Assembly: GCF_006345805.1 (NCBI RefSeq)
Contig: NC_043002.1
Span: 115,754,001-115,818,000, forward strand
Direction of reading: 5' to 3'
Source of the DNA: Octopus sinensis
Lineage: Eukaryota
Length of the DNA: 64,000 bases
Below the pieces are notes generated by a model that saw nothing but the letters and a program-made list of their open reading frames with translations, was not told the DNA's origin and made no database searches. A program made the translations under genes and the position numbers. Positions 23,001 to 36,400 of the stretch are shown here, piece after piece. The stretch's first letter is position 1; the number at the start of each line of letters is the position of its first letter.

Positions 23001-26000
23001 TTGTTAATCATATATGTTATTTACTCAAATCACAAGCACAGCTGTGGCTGTGTGATTAAGAAGGTGGTTACTTAACCATGTGCTCTTAGGTTCAATCCTA
23101 CTGTGTGACACTTTGTGCAAGTGTCTTCTACAATAGTGGGTGCTTTTACATGCCACCGGCACGAGGGCCAGTCAGGCGGTACTGGCAACAGCCACACTCA
23201 AATGGTGCTTTCTGCAACCTCGCATGAATGTTTTTTCACGTGCCACCAGCACAAGTGCCAGTAAGGCGATGCAGCTAACGATCTGGGCCAACCAAAGCCT
23301 TATGAATGGATTTGGTAGAAAAAAATTGGAAGCTCATCATATATACCTGCATAATGTATGTAAGATGGATGAAAGGTAGAGGGAGGTCAAAAGGTAAATA
23401 GAAGACAGTACAATGGGTGACATGAAATATAGGGTTGACAGAACACACACACACATACATATGTGCATGTGTGTGTATATATATATTCATACACACACCA
23501 CAACAAACACCTATATACACAGATATAACTTCATACATAATTTAATAACACTCATGTATATGTACACACACACACACACACTATTACATATACATACATG
23601 TACCGCACCCTGACAGACCTACATTTACAACCTATATACACCTAAATATATATATATATATATATATAGATACCTATATACACACACACACACACCATAC
23701 ATATATATACACACCTTTATACATGTATATGCATATATATATATGTTTGTTTATAGATGCATATGTATGTATATATATATAAAAAAACTACATTAACACA
23801 CATTATATAGATATATCTGACAAATACATATAGATAATATAAATATATATTAATATACTATATACATTCATATATGCATACACACATATAAATGCATGTA
23901 TATAATATGTGCATGCAGTTACTTATGCATATAGCTCCATACACACATCCTTTACATACAGAAATGATAGGGAGGCTTTAGTTACAATAAAAGATATCTA
24001 TATATCCTTACATTCTTTAATAGCCAATTACAGTAACGGTGAATCAATATAAAGTATATCTATTTAATTCCCTCCCCAAAAAACTTATGACAGAACATAA
24101 CTATGTGTGTACACTGAAAATATCTCTATGTCATTGAAATAAAGTGACATTTAGAATTTCTTTTCCTTTTACCTAAGAGAAATATACTCTTGGAAACATT
24201 TTCTTTCAAGTCTTCAATATCAATCTTGAGTATAAACAGTACTCATCTTAAAACCAATTAGAACAGATAACTGCTTTCCTTTAAAGGCATAATAACTACA
24301 ATATCCTAAAATGTATCCTGAACAACTTTTAGTTGTGCACCTTAACATGAACTAAAAAATATATTTTAAATTTTTATATACAATCTATTTACTAATTTCT
24401 GTGTTTTTGCAATTTAGGCAGTGGTTCATCATCATCATCGTTTAACGTCCGCTTTCCATGCTAGCATTGGTTGGACGATTTGACTGAGGTCTGGCGAACC
24501 AGATGGCTGCACCAGACTCCATCTCATCTGGCAGAGTTTCTACAGCTGGATACCCTTCCTATCGCCAACCACTCCGAGAGTGTAGTGGGTGCTTTTACAT
24601 GCCACCGGCACGAGGGCCAGTCAGGCGGTACTGGCAACAGACACACTCAAATGTTGCTTTCTGCAACCTCGCATGAATGTTTTTTCACGTGCCAGTAAGG
24701 CGACGCAGGTAATGATCACGTTCAAATGGTGTTTTTACATGCCACCAGCATGGAGGCCAGCTTGTTGCTCTGGCAACGATCACGCTCATATGGTACTCTT
24801 AGTGTTGCACTAGCACGGATGCCACTCATCAGATTTCGATTTCAGTTGCCTCAACAGGTCTTCGCAAGCAGAGTTTAGTGTCATTGGAAAGGTACACATA
24901 AGTGGGCTGGTTACACCCCTGGCATAGGCCTCAAGGTTATGGTCTCACTTGAGCTTGCCGAGTCTTCTCAAGCAATATTTATCTTCGATAGAACTGGTTA
25001 GTATTTTACAATCACTATTTTATAAAATAACAATAATGAATTTATTGTTTACAATGTTCAAGTGCACTCATCAGAAAAACCAACCAAAACTGCATGAACA
25101 GTAGAGGGAGTCTACACAGAAAGCCAACAGTGAATATAAGTTGTTAAAAAAAGGAGGTGGGACATCAGTTGTACTGCTGGCAAATTTCAGCAGACATGGA
25201 AGTTTTGAAAGATGGAGTATCCTGACACCTACCAAATGATGCGGGTAGTTTTCCGTGCTTCAGTAAATTTGAGTATGAAAAATTGTTTCAAAAAGTTATG
25301 GACGCTGTGTTGTTTTTTTGATTTTGAAAACATATCCACAGGTGTTTACAAAAAGATATCCAAGGTGGTTGTTGTTGGATAATCTTGTGTTTGCCAAGTC
25401 AGTTGCCAGACATCTAAACTTTAATGTGTCCATGCCCAGGGAAGTTAATATGTTCAAAGTATTCTAGATGCCTGACGGCTGGTATTCATTTGGTTGCACG
25501 TTTCTGAACAGTTTCCAAGAGATTGATATACTGTGCAAGATAGGGGTTCCAGACTGGTGATGCGAACTTTAAATAGGTAGCTGGAGAGCAGCTGACAAAG
25601 GCCTTTCTGAGTGATGCTAAGACACCCTCAGTCTTCTTGACCATTTTAGAGATGTGATTTGTCCAATATAAACTGCTGTCAACAATAATGCCCAGGTCAT
25701 GTTCACAGCAGATATCTTAGGATGACTGGTGTTGTAAAGAGAGTATGTAAAAGTCCGGTTTTTCCTCCCAGAATGCATGGTGGTACAATTGCCAGTCAGT
25801 AATTTCTGCATTGTGTCGAAGTCTGATTGCAAGAAAGACCTGTAGAGCTGAGGATCTGTTCTTTTTATTTCAAAGTATAGTTTGATGTGAGCTGTGTATT
25901 TCAACACTAACTTCTTTCACATCCCTGCTAGCACAGTCTGAAAAAACTTCCCAAAGCACTTTTTCATAACTTTCATTATAAATTTACAGGATTAATTATT

Positions 26001-29000
26001 GCAATTATCACAATAAATCATGATTTTAGTTCTATACAGCATTTTGATAAAAACAAAGAACCAAGACTTTCAACAACAGCATGTAAAAGTTTTGTATTTT
26101 TTCCTAGACATCTAAACTGCTGCCTGCTTAGGTTGCCTCTTTAGCAAACTTTCTCCTATTATCGAGTAATGTAAATCAATTACTAAAAGTATATGATTAC
26201 AAAAACACAGTTTTTTGTACAGCAGGTTGACTGAGATAAAGTGGTGAGCATAGTGATTGCAATGTATTGTACTATTGAGCCTAACACAGATGAATAAATT
26301 GTGCTTATAATAGGGAAGAGACTGATGCTCCAAAAATTCGAGTATTTATAAACCTTGCATGAGCAAAGTGGATAAACACATGCAAAATTTTATATCAACT
26401 TTTCTAAATAAGTAGAAGATGAATATATTTTGAAAACTTGAACTATCATAATGAATTGTTGGTGGGATTGTTCTACAACTAGACATTCTTTCTTCCTATT
26501 GCCAGCCTCTAAATAATAAAGTAGAACAGATATCTGTATTCAGCAGGATAGCTGTTTCCTTGGTGAAGGTATTGTTTTTAGTTGTGTTTGCTTGTTTGTC
26601 TGTGGACAAGATATCTCAAGAACTGCTGGATGGATTTGGATGAAACTTTCATGGAAGTTTGGCCTTGTGACTAACACAAACTGATAAGATTTGGGGATCG
26701 ATCCGGTACTAGACAAGGATTCTGAATTGTTTTTCCTGTTTTTTTTACTTAATTTTTGAGAGCAGTCAGGTTCATTTTTAGTATTCTCATTTGTGAGAGC
26801 AGTCAAGTTTATTTTCAGATATTCTCATTTTAAAAATCATCTCTGGCTAATCTTTGAGAGGATGTTGGTGTTGCCTTGGTGAAGGTTTGCAGTCTCTGGG
26901 TGCTCATTTTATTTGCTTTTTTTTTTACTAACTTAATTACAATATTGTTAAATTACATTATCTCATAACCTCATAACACTTTTTTTTTATTATCAATATA
27001 GCCTTTCATCAAAATTTAAATACAAAACATATAAGGTAATTAAAATATGCAATATTTCAGATTAAAATTCAAGAATTTGACGTAACAAAAACACTGATTG
27101 TCAATCTATCGTAAAAATAGAATCTCGCAAAATGATGTTTAGGTTATGACGGCAACTACCAAAATATGACAGATTAGCACAATGACCACTAGACTGAGTT
27201 TTGTAATATTAGTCGAAACTAATTTAGCATCAAATGATTTCAGATTTTTTTCTTAACAATTATAAGAATTTAAGGAATAAGCATTTCTCGTGTACACATT
27301 AATTTATACAATTTTTCTCGCACAGATATCTATGAAATGCAGCCTCCCTATCACTTAATTACAATTTCAAAACTTTTACCTTGTGTGTATTTATTAAAGT
27401 TACTTTTAAGAACATTTAAAAAACAGTACATACTAAATTTAAACAAGAATGTAATATTATTACATGCAGAAATTGAAGACAATGACAAAAAGTGGCAAAG
27501 TTGCCATGACATACTGAAAACCATGGGACCAATGGCAGACAGACGCTTGGAAGCCATGATCAGGGCGGTGGGATTGGCGGCTCCACCACCTCATGGACAG
27601 ATGAATATGTTCACAATGGACATGGTCACATGGTAATGGTCAGGTAAGCATGGTCAGGAATTGGAACTGGCAAGGGAGACCATGGGAACATGGTTAATAC
27701 CAAAGGCGAAACAGGCCTGGCTATCGGATCATGCTCGGTCTCAAACCGGATCAGGCTTTTCTGCGGCATTTGGCTAGTCTGCTAGTTTACCACAAATGAA
27801 ATGTATTAAATGCACATGCAAAAACTATTTTAAAAACAACCTTAAAACAGTCACTAGAATTACAATATGTTTATAACATCAAATTGTAAGAAGAGGCGGG
27901 CACAAATGAGGAAATAATGTACTAGTTTACTAATAAAAATTTATTAAAAACAAATAAAAAGGAAATCAAGACATTTTTACTTTTAAAAATGTCATTATTA
28001 GATATTGCTTTAATCTTATATTCTTTCAACTAATTCATTATGCTAAAGATGCAATTAAAATCAATGTAATTGAACTCATTATGATTGAAAATTTTCAAAA
28101 ATGGTTTAATGTGAAAACTAACAATATTTTTATCTTAGATATTATTTTTATCTTAGATATTTATGAAAGGGTGTTTTGAATTTAAATTCATAATTTCATC
28201 ATCATTAAAAACTTATAAATATGTATATTATATAAAAATAAAAAGAAATAAACATAAAACAAATGATAAAGTTCATTTTAACTGCAGTAACAGTCTGTTA
28301 CTAATATATCATAGTTCAAGAGAGTACAATCTAAAATTATTTTTCTTTTAAAAATTTTAATACTTTTTAATACTATATTAATAAGTAAACAACTATCTTG
28401 TAAAAAGGTAGTCAAACCTAAGAAGCATAGTACAACAATGGAACAAGAAATTAGAGATGGCTTTCTTTCAAGAAAATCATTCTAAAATTTTTACACCTGA
28501 AAATAAAAAATATTTCATTAAAATAGTCCTACAAGAACATAATTTGGGTTAGTGGCTAAATCTGTCTACAGTATTTATTAAATTGAAATGAATTTGTGAA
28601 ATTATTACACAAATGAAAACAATATCTACAAATTATTAAAAGCTGAAGTACAACTTTAGTTTTTCATAAGTGAAACTATATCAAAATTAAGCCAGAGAAT
28701 ATCAAGTTGGCTGGTTGCCATTCTCCACCATTTACTTTACAAACAGAAGTTGCATCTCACATTTACTGCTTTCTTTTTTGCTTTGTTTTGGGTTGTCTTT
28801 TTCTTTAACTTTGAAAAGTTCCTTAAACTTGAACCAAACTACCTTCCCTCTGGAGTTGGCAGGTAAAATGAAAAAGCAGAAACTTCAGATTTATGTGCCC
28901 TAATTACCTTGCTAAATGCCATCCAGACTACACAATAGACCCTGTTTCACAACACTATCTAACAGAAATAGTGTGTGAGAGAATAAAGATTATACTATAA

Positions 29001-31873
29001 TTAAGTCAGAGGTGAAAGGTAGCACCCATGACCCTTTTCAGGGCATATGAGATTTGCAAGAGGAGGTTAGTCTCAGACCAGAGAGTTGGCCTATAATTAA
29101 CCAGTAGTTACTGTAATTATCTACTTCTAATAAATGAATAGATCTTTAACAGGTATGCAATATAAATTCCATAGAACTTTCAATAAATGGAGAGTAATCA
29201 TTAATAGCTTGTAAATAATTATTTACTATTTTTGTACAATTTCTGACCCAAGCAAATGAAAACTTGTCTGATATAAAATCAGACAATTGGGGAAAATAGT
29301 GTAATATTCTAATATTAAGATCCAAAATTACATATAGGAGTGTAAAGGTAGGGTTTAATATCTAAAATTTTGCCATTAAACATTATTGTAAATAACCATA
29401 ATGCTTCCTTTAATAAAATACTAAACTCCTTTCAATGCACAGAGTTAAACACCCAGCTGCTATAGTTTCTTCTTAAAAACTCCACACCAAATTAGCATTA
29501 CTATAATTGGTTTTTATAATTATATCATTGTCAATTTTCCACAAGGACTTTTACTTAAAGATTAAAAGTTAAATTCCATTAATTTGTTTCCAGTTTAAGC
29601 TGTTTCACATAAATATGAGAAATCTTTCTGGCTAATCATTTTCTTAGCAAAAGAACAATTTTGTCTTCCATTTTACATTGATAGTTTCATGTAAAATGTT
29701 CTCTGTAAGTACGTTATATTCTAAATTATTCTTAAGCAGATTTTTAAAAACTGATTTTGGAAACCAACAATTCAGCTATGAAGTTGCAGAGGCAGACTGA
29801 AAAGCAAGTCAGGTGGTTTGTCTGTGCAAGTAGAAATATTTAACTTCTATACTTAGAGAAATAACATAGGATAATTTTTTTTTTCCTCAATAAATAGTAA
29901 ATAAACAGATTTATTACAAAAATTTTATTTCAAGGACACATTTTAAATTTTTTTTTTTAAATTAAATCTTAAAAGACAAATTTTTTATTTCCATTTTTCT
30001 TTTCAAAATTTCCATATTTATTTGGGTATCAATGGTTTCAAAATTATAATCTACAAAATCCTCTGACTAAAAAGTGGATAATATCAGATTTTTCAGTAAA
30101 TATTGTACAAGATTTAGATCTTCACAGATAATCATTCACATATATTTATATGTATATGTATTTGCATGTGCATTTGTAGGTAACTATAAAAATTAAATCC
30201 ACAGTAATTTCATGTAGACATCCACACAGACTCTAGCAATATTAAATGGATGTGGAGCAGAGATATAGAAAGACCTGGTAGATAGGTTCTGGTCATGTGA
30301 TATATGACAAGCTAGATGCATTGTTGGCAACACAACCAAACTTTTGGTTGATCAGTTACGATATCCATTAGAGCCAGAAAGGAAGACATTGGATCTGATC
30401 TTCAACATAGGTTTATGAAATTTCTCCACCAAACATATATATATATATATATAATCGTTTTGAAAACATCTATGACCAAGTTTACTAAATACAAAACAAC
30501 CAAGCAAGAGGCTGGTGCTTTATATGTTACTGGTACTGTGTTGTTTCCATGGTCAATGCATTTCAACTCACAATGTCAGAGCACACCTAGCTCTAAAGAG
30601 GTCCTGAAGAGTTGTGTACTTCACCACTACAAGAAGCAGCTCCATTGAAAAATGAACAAGTGATTCATTGACTTGCAGGAAAAGTTACCTGCAATAAACT
30701 GACATCCTATTTAGTGGGAGATTTGAACAGATGAGAAATAAGTACCATACTGGTAACCCATGAAGAAATACATTCATTTCAACATGTTTTTTTCAATGCT
30801 TATATGGTTAAACCAGACATATCTATTTAACATTTGTCACTATAACATTTAGAGTACTTGAACATGCATAAATGAGGCAGAATAGGGGGACTGTCGCTCT
30901 GCAAACATCAGATCCTTTATCACATCAATTTAATCTTACCCACTCTCTTTCTCTCACACATACCTTCCCAATAATTATATACACAGAAATAAATTTGACA
31001 AGAGCACTATAAGCACCTGCAATAAGAAAACTAGGTGAGGACCAAATTCACAAATTTTCAAAACAATGTGAATTGTACTTTAGTTACACTGGAAATTCCT
31101 ATTAAAATGCTATCATTCTCTGTAAATCATGCATCAAGCTTATATTATGAAGGTAATATTCATAAATATCAGAGAATTTTGAAGAACACACATTTATGTA
31201 AAAATGTTTCATTATCTTTATTATATATTTCTAAATTTATATAGACTCTGTATACAAATGCATGAATTCCATATAATTAAACATGTTTGGTTCATACGTA
31301 GTGTGTATGTATTTTACAACACAATACACATACACACAACTTCTCGAATTTGGAAAGATGATTTGTTAAATCATCTAAAACAGAATTTGGAGACTGTATT
31401 CATGTTCATTACAATAATCATAACCTCAAAAAGTCAGATATTTCATGAAACAAATATACCAATATCACTTAGAAACTCTTAGAAATATTGCTGAATAACA
31501 CTGTAATTCACTGTTTGATTGAGTCAATTACATTGGTAAATGTTATTTAAAATGTAAATGAACTGTATACTTGAGCTTCACACATCCAGCAATATTCATA
31601 TAATTGACTAATAAAGCCTACAGCACTAATGGGATACACCAAATTCTTATCAAAGGATGAGTTTTAATGCTTGGTTCACACACACAAAAGAATCACACCC
31701 ACCAATATGGGAGAATTTTCTTTGTTAGTGAATATATAAACTACCAAAATTAAAATGGACTGCAATAATAAATCATTCTCAGTTTTATGAAGAAATTATA
31801 GCCATAGTTACATTAGCTGCATATCAGAAAAACTATACACCACTACATTGAGAGAAAGAATGTATGCTTGTAA

Positions 31874-31912
<39 letters not shown>

Positions 31913-31926
31913 CATGTGTGCGTGTG

Positions 31927-32015
<89 letters not shown>

Positions 32016-33406
32016 GGCAACAAATAGGTTTGCTGAAACAGAGTACTGAAATTTCAGATCTGAAGTGCTTCCTCACATACAGTTAATATTTGCTGAAGAA
32101 AGAATTTCACAAATTAGTTCTCAAGCTTTTCACTACTTTAGTTGTCATTTCTGAGAGTGAAAAACACCACTGAAGTAGACTATAAATTTACCTACCTCCA
32201 TGGAATTTGCCAACTCAATGAAAACTGCAGCTACATTAGACAGGTGTCCATGCCCTTACATTGATGCCTAATCATTCCCTTGGAGAGTGGAAGAATATAT
32301 GCGGATTTCTTCAAACATAATAGAAATAAGATAGAAAACACTAAACACTACATAAGATAACACAAAAACTACATACTGATCCCTTATTCTCTAAACATTT
32401 CTTAAATCAATTGATTTTTATCTGGCTCTATCCACAAAAGAGCAACCAGTAGAAGAACTATATTATAATAATAAAATATGTTATTATATCAAACTGTGAA
32501 TAAAGCTAAATATAAATATTTTTTTGATAAAAAGTACCATAATCTATCTGATCTTATTCTATAAAAAAAATTTCTACATAATTCAGAGACTATTAAATTA
32601 TAACAGTTCTTAAGAAGTTACATTTCAAACTGACACAAAACAGATTTATTTTCTTGAATATTTTAAGGTTTTGAATATTTATAGCAATTTTTTTTTCAGA
32701 TGCAATAAAAAAAAAAAATGAACCTACGGTGTCAAAATTGCAATAAGCTTTAAACTAACCCTTCTAGGCAGGTCATGGACATTGGTGTTGCCGTTTTCGT
32801 TGAGCAAGTAGCCGTTATTGAAATGTTTTCAAACTAAAACAAAAATCTCAGGAGTCAATTAATATTTGATATAAAGAAAGAACTTATTTACATAACCACA
32901 ATCCAAAATCTTTAATAATTTTGGGTCATTTTTTTTTCTATTACTTTTCTTTACTTCATTTAAAAGATTAAAGTATTATTAAATAGAATGTAATTAATAT
33001 TACATTAAAAACATTACGTTAAAAAAAAAACCTTCAAAACAGTTTTACAAGTAAAACATAAATATTATTCAGTAAGACATTCCCAGAAAACATACCTCGG
33101 CGTCTCGGCGGTCTTCGTAGTCAACAAAAGCATAAGCTGAAATATAGCACAAAACAAAAAGTAAATTTGTTTCTTAAAAACATCAGAGAGCATAACTGTC
33201 CATTGACCAATATTTATAAGAAGAATGACACAGTTATGAATATCTCAAAAGTATATTTTGTTGAGTTTTTTTTCATTTTTTATATACAATGTAAAAGAGT
33301 ATACATAAAATACTATTCTTTACACTTCTGTGTTTGCATTTGAATCCATTTCCATTATATCTAGCTGTTTTTGATAAGTTTGACAGAAGAGCGACATTTT
33401 TGGAAC

Positions 33407-33471
<65 letters not shown>

Positions 33472-36400
33472 TATACACCTTATTCCAAACTTCTTCATTA
33501 CCCAAAACATAATTTTGCTATAATGATAATATTTTAAGTGCAACTGACTTCTTCAGTTGATTGAAGAATTTATTATTCTCTTCAGTTGCAATACAGGCAA
33601 AGTTAGCTTTATTCCAGGATTCAACCGAGTAACATGTTCTAAATATTGTAACCTCAGTTTCCTTGTTTTGGCCTCACAAATATTCATATTTGAAAACACA
33701 GCACATTTCTGGTAAACATTATTTACTATTGCAATGGAAACAGTTTTGGTGATTCTGCAACATGTTAAATCAGTAATTGGATACAAATTGTTACTCTTCT
33801 CTTTATATGTGTCATGTCTGCAGATGCCAGCAATTATGGATTTCCATACCAAAGTCTGGAGATTCGTGATTTTGCTCAGGTTAGATACAGCAGTGATTTC
33901 CTACTACCGTCTGCTGGCTTATTAACAGTTTACTCTACTAGTCCCCTGCTCTCAAGATTAGTTATGAGGCACAGGGCCTATTTAACATTTCAGCAGAGAG
34001 ACTGGTTCATATAAGGGCATGTCCACTCACTAGTGGGTCCGTATGACACATCTAGGGACCAATACTCTTCTGAGTCCTGTATATCTTAACAAGATCATTC
34101 ATTTGCTATTTAATTTACAGTTGGGGCCCTTAACAGGCACTGCCACTCAGGCCAGAGCAGTTTTGAGAATAGTAGTGACCAAGGGTTAATTCCATACACT
34201 CCTGAACTCCTGAGCAGAAGCCTCACCACCAGATGCAGCTTAATGTTTCATCCAGGACACAGAGGTCATTACAGAAAACATGAAAATAGTAACTCAAATC
34301 TCATATATGCCTAGACAAAATTTTATTGGCAAAATGCAGCAAATATAATAAAGAACATTTGGAACCTGAACAGGATTACCAGTTACTGAAGCACAAATGA
34401 ACCCTTTGGAAACACCAATATTTCATCACCTCAGAATTCAAATGTACATAACACCAGAAATATATCAGTAAATGAGGAAAAACATAAGTCCTTTATACAA
34501 TAAGACCCCTCCTTAACATTGAACAAAGGGCATTTAAGCTATATTACCAAGCAGGAGAAAAACTGATCATTAACAAAGAGATGGAAGGATATAAAGGTCA
34601 GACATATTTCCAGAAATATATACCAGGCAAACCCACAAAATAGAGTGTGATGGTGTGAAAAATTTGTGAAATGAGTAGTGGAACTGTTATGGTTTTAACT
34701 TTTATATGAGAATAAAAGACAGTGATGTCAGTTAGCATGGCTTGGGGTGTGATTAGTCTGGAAATTATCACTGTCATAGCATAACTAAAGCCATGTGTTA
34801 TTTTTTAAGCAGTATTTCAGTTCAGTCAGTTCCACAATAAACTTAGAGCTGTGACAATATATAGAATTTTTACAATAGGTAAAAATCAAACATGTAAAAG
34901 ACAATGTATAAAATTTTTAAAAACAGAAAAATTAAAAACGTTTATGCTGCAAGATTCCTGATGTGAAACCGTGTGTTGAAATAGATTTTGTATTTCAGGA
35001 TGGTCATTTTTTTTTCCAAATAAACACACACACTATATATTTGTTCTTCACTCGTTTATTACTGTTCTTACAATCCTATGACAGAAATGAAATCTCTCAG
35101 GACTTCACATAGAGACAAGCAAATACATTTTCAATCTATTTCTGCTCAACCACATAGTGATGAAAAGGGCAAACTGTTTGCAAATATCAATTACAAAAGC
35201 TACATGAGTGGAGTGGTATAGATTATATGAATCAAGTAATATCACACAGATGATAAACCAGGTAAAGAAGGCAGTAATACCTGGTTTGGTATACATTTAA
35301 AATAAGCAGTGTGAATACTTTTATGTGATACACCAAACTAAGTGGCCCTTAAAAGTGACATGATCATCAGCAATTCTGAGCAAATATTTCCATGTCTTCC
35401 TGGCTTTCCCTTCATCTGCAAGGTCAGTCCATATTAAGTGATCATCACTTCTAGATACAGTTATCTTCATATGTACGCATCAAATGTCTATACCAACACA
35501 ATCTTCTCTCTTGCATACTACATCAGATTCTTCTTATACCCAATTTCTCTCTCAGCACATTGTACTAATGTCTTCCATGCACACTTACATTGCATATTCA
35601 ATACAGCATGCTTGTTCATTTATTTCTAGTTTTCTCAAATTCTCAAGGCCCATGTTCGACCATCTAGACTTTTAGATTCTAAGTTTAGCTTTCCATATCT
35701 GGAATTTCCTCAATAGATTCAGCAATGACAACTATACCATCAGTATATAGGACTTCCCATAGACAACCAGTTTTAAAATCCTGTTATAGCCTGAAGGACT
35801 AATGAATAAGAGATGCAAATGATCTTATGGTTTGTAATACTAACTTAAGAAAACATGCCAATCACCTGTTCACCTACCGATCTGGTGGACACACTAGTCA
35901 AATTGATTACATCCTCACCAAGAAACGGGAAAGATGGCTACTTATAAATGCCAAAACCTTCCCAGGTGAAGAATGCACCCCACAACATAGATAAGTAGTT
36001 AGCGACTTCAGGATCAGGGCTAAATGGATGCCCAGAAGACAGCCAACATGAGGAAGAAGGGTCTGGAAGCTTAAAGATCCTGCGAATGGACAGAGATTTA
36101 GAGACATATTATTCAAAGCTTTTGACAAAATAGAGGGGGATATAACATGATGTGGAAGACAACTGGAGGTTTCTATGAGACAACCTGTTGAGGGCTACTG
36201 ACCAGATCTACAGATAATGCAATGTCCCATTTTGACCCAAGGTAACATGGTGGTGGAGCAAAGTAGTTGACAGGACTATTAGGGAAAAGAAACAGGCAAT
36301 GGAAGGACTAGAAGAACGGTGGTAGCAGGGAATTGTATCAGATTGCCAGAAGGGAAGCTAGAAGACAGGTTTATTTAACCAGAGGGGAAGCAGATAAGAA

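Noticed and set aside
27337-27636. 99-aa plus-strand ORF over the GC-rich island
   Set aside because: No recognisable domain and an AT-rich low-information N-terminal half; antisense to the SR intron. The island is better explained on the minus strand.
28908-28941. Possible 34-nt minus-strand cassette exon (good gtaatt donor)
   Set aside because: The acceptor (agatagtgttgtgaaacag) has no pyrimidine tract, and such sites are common by chance in AT-rich DNA.
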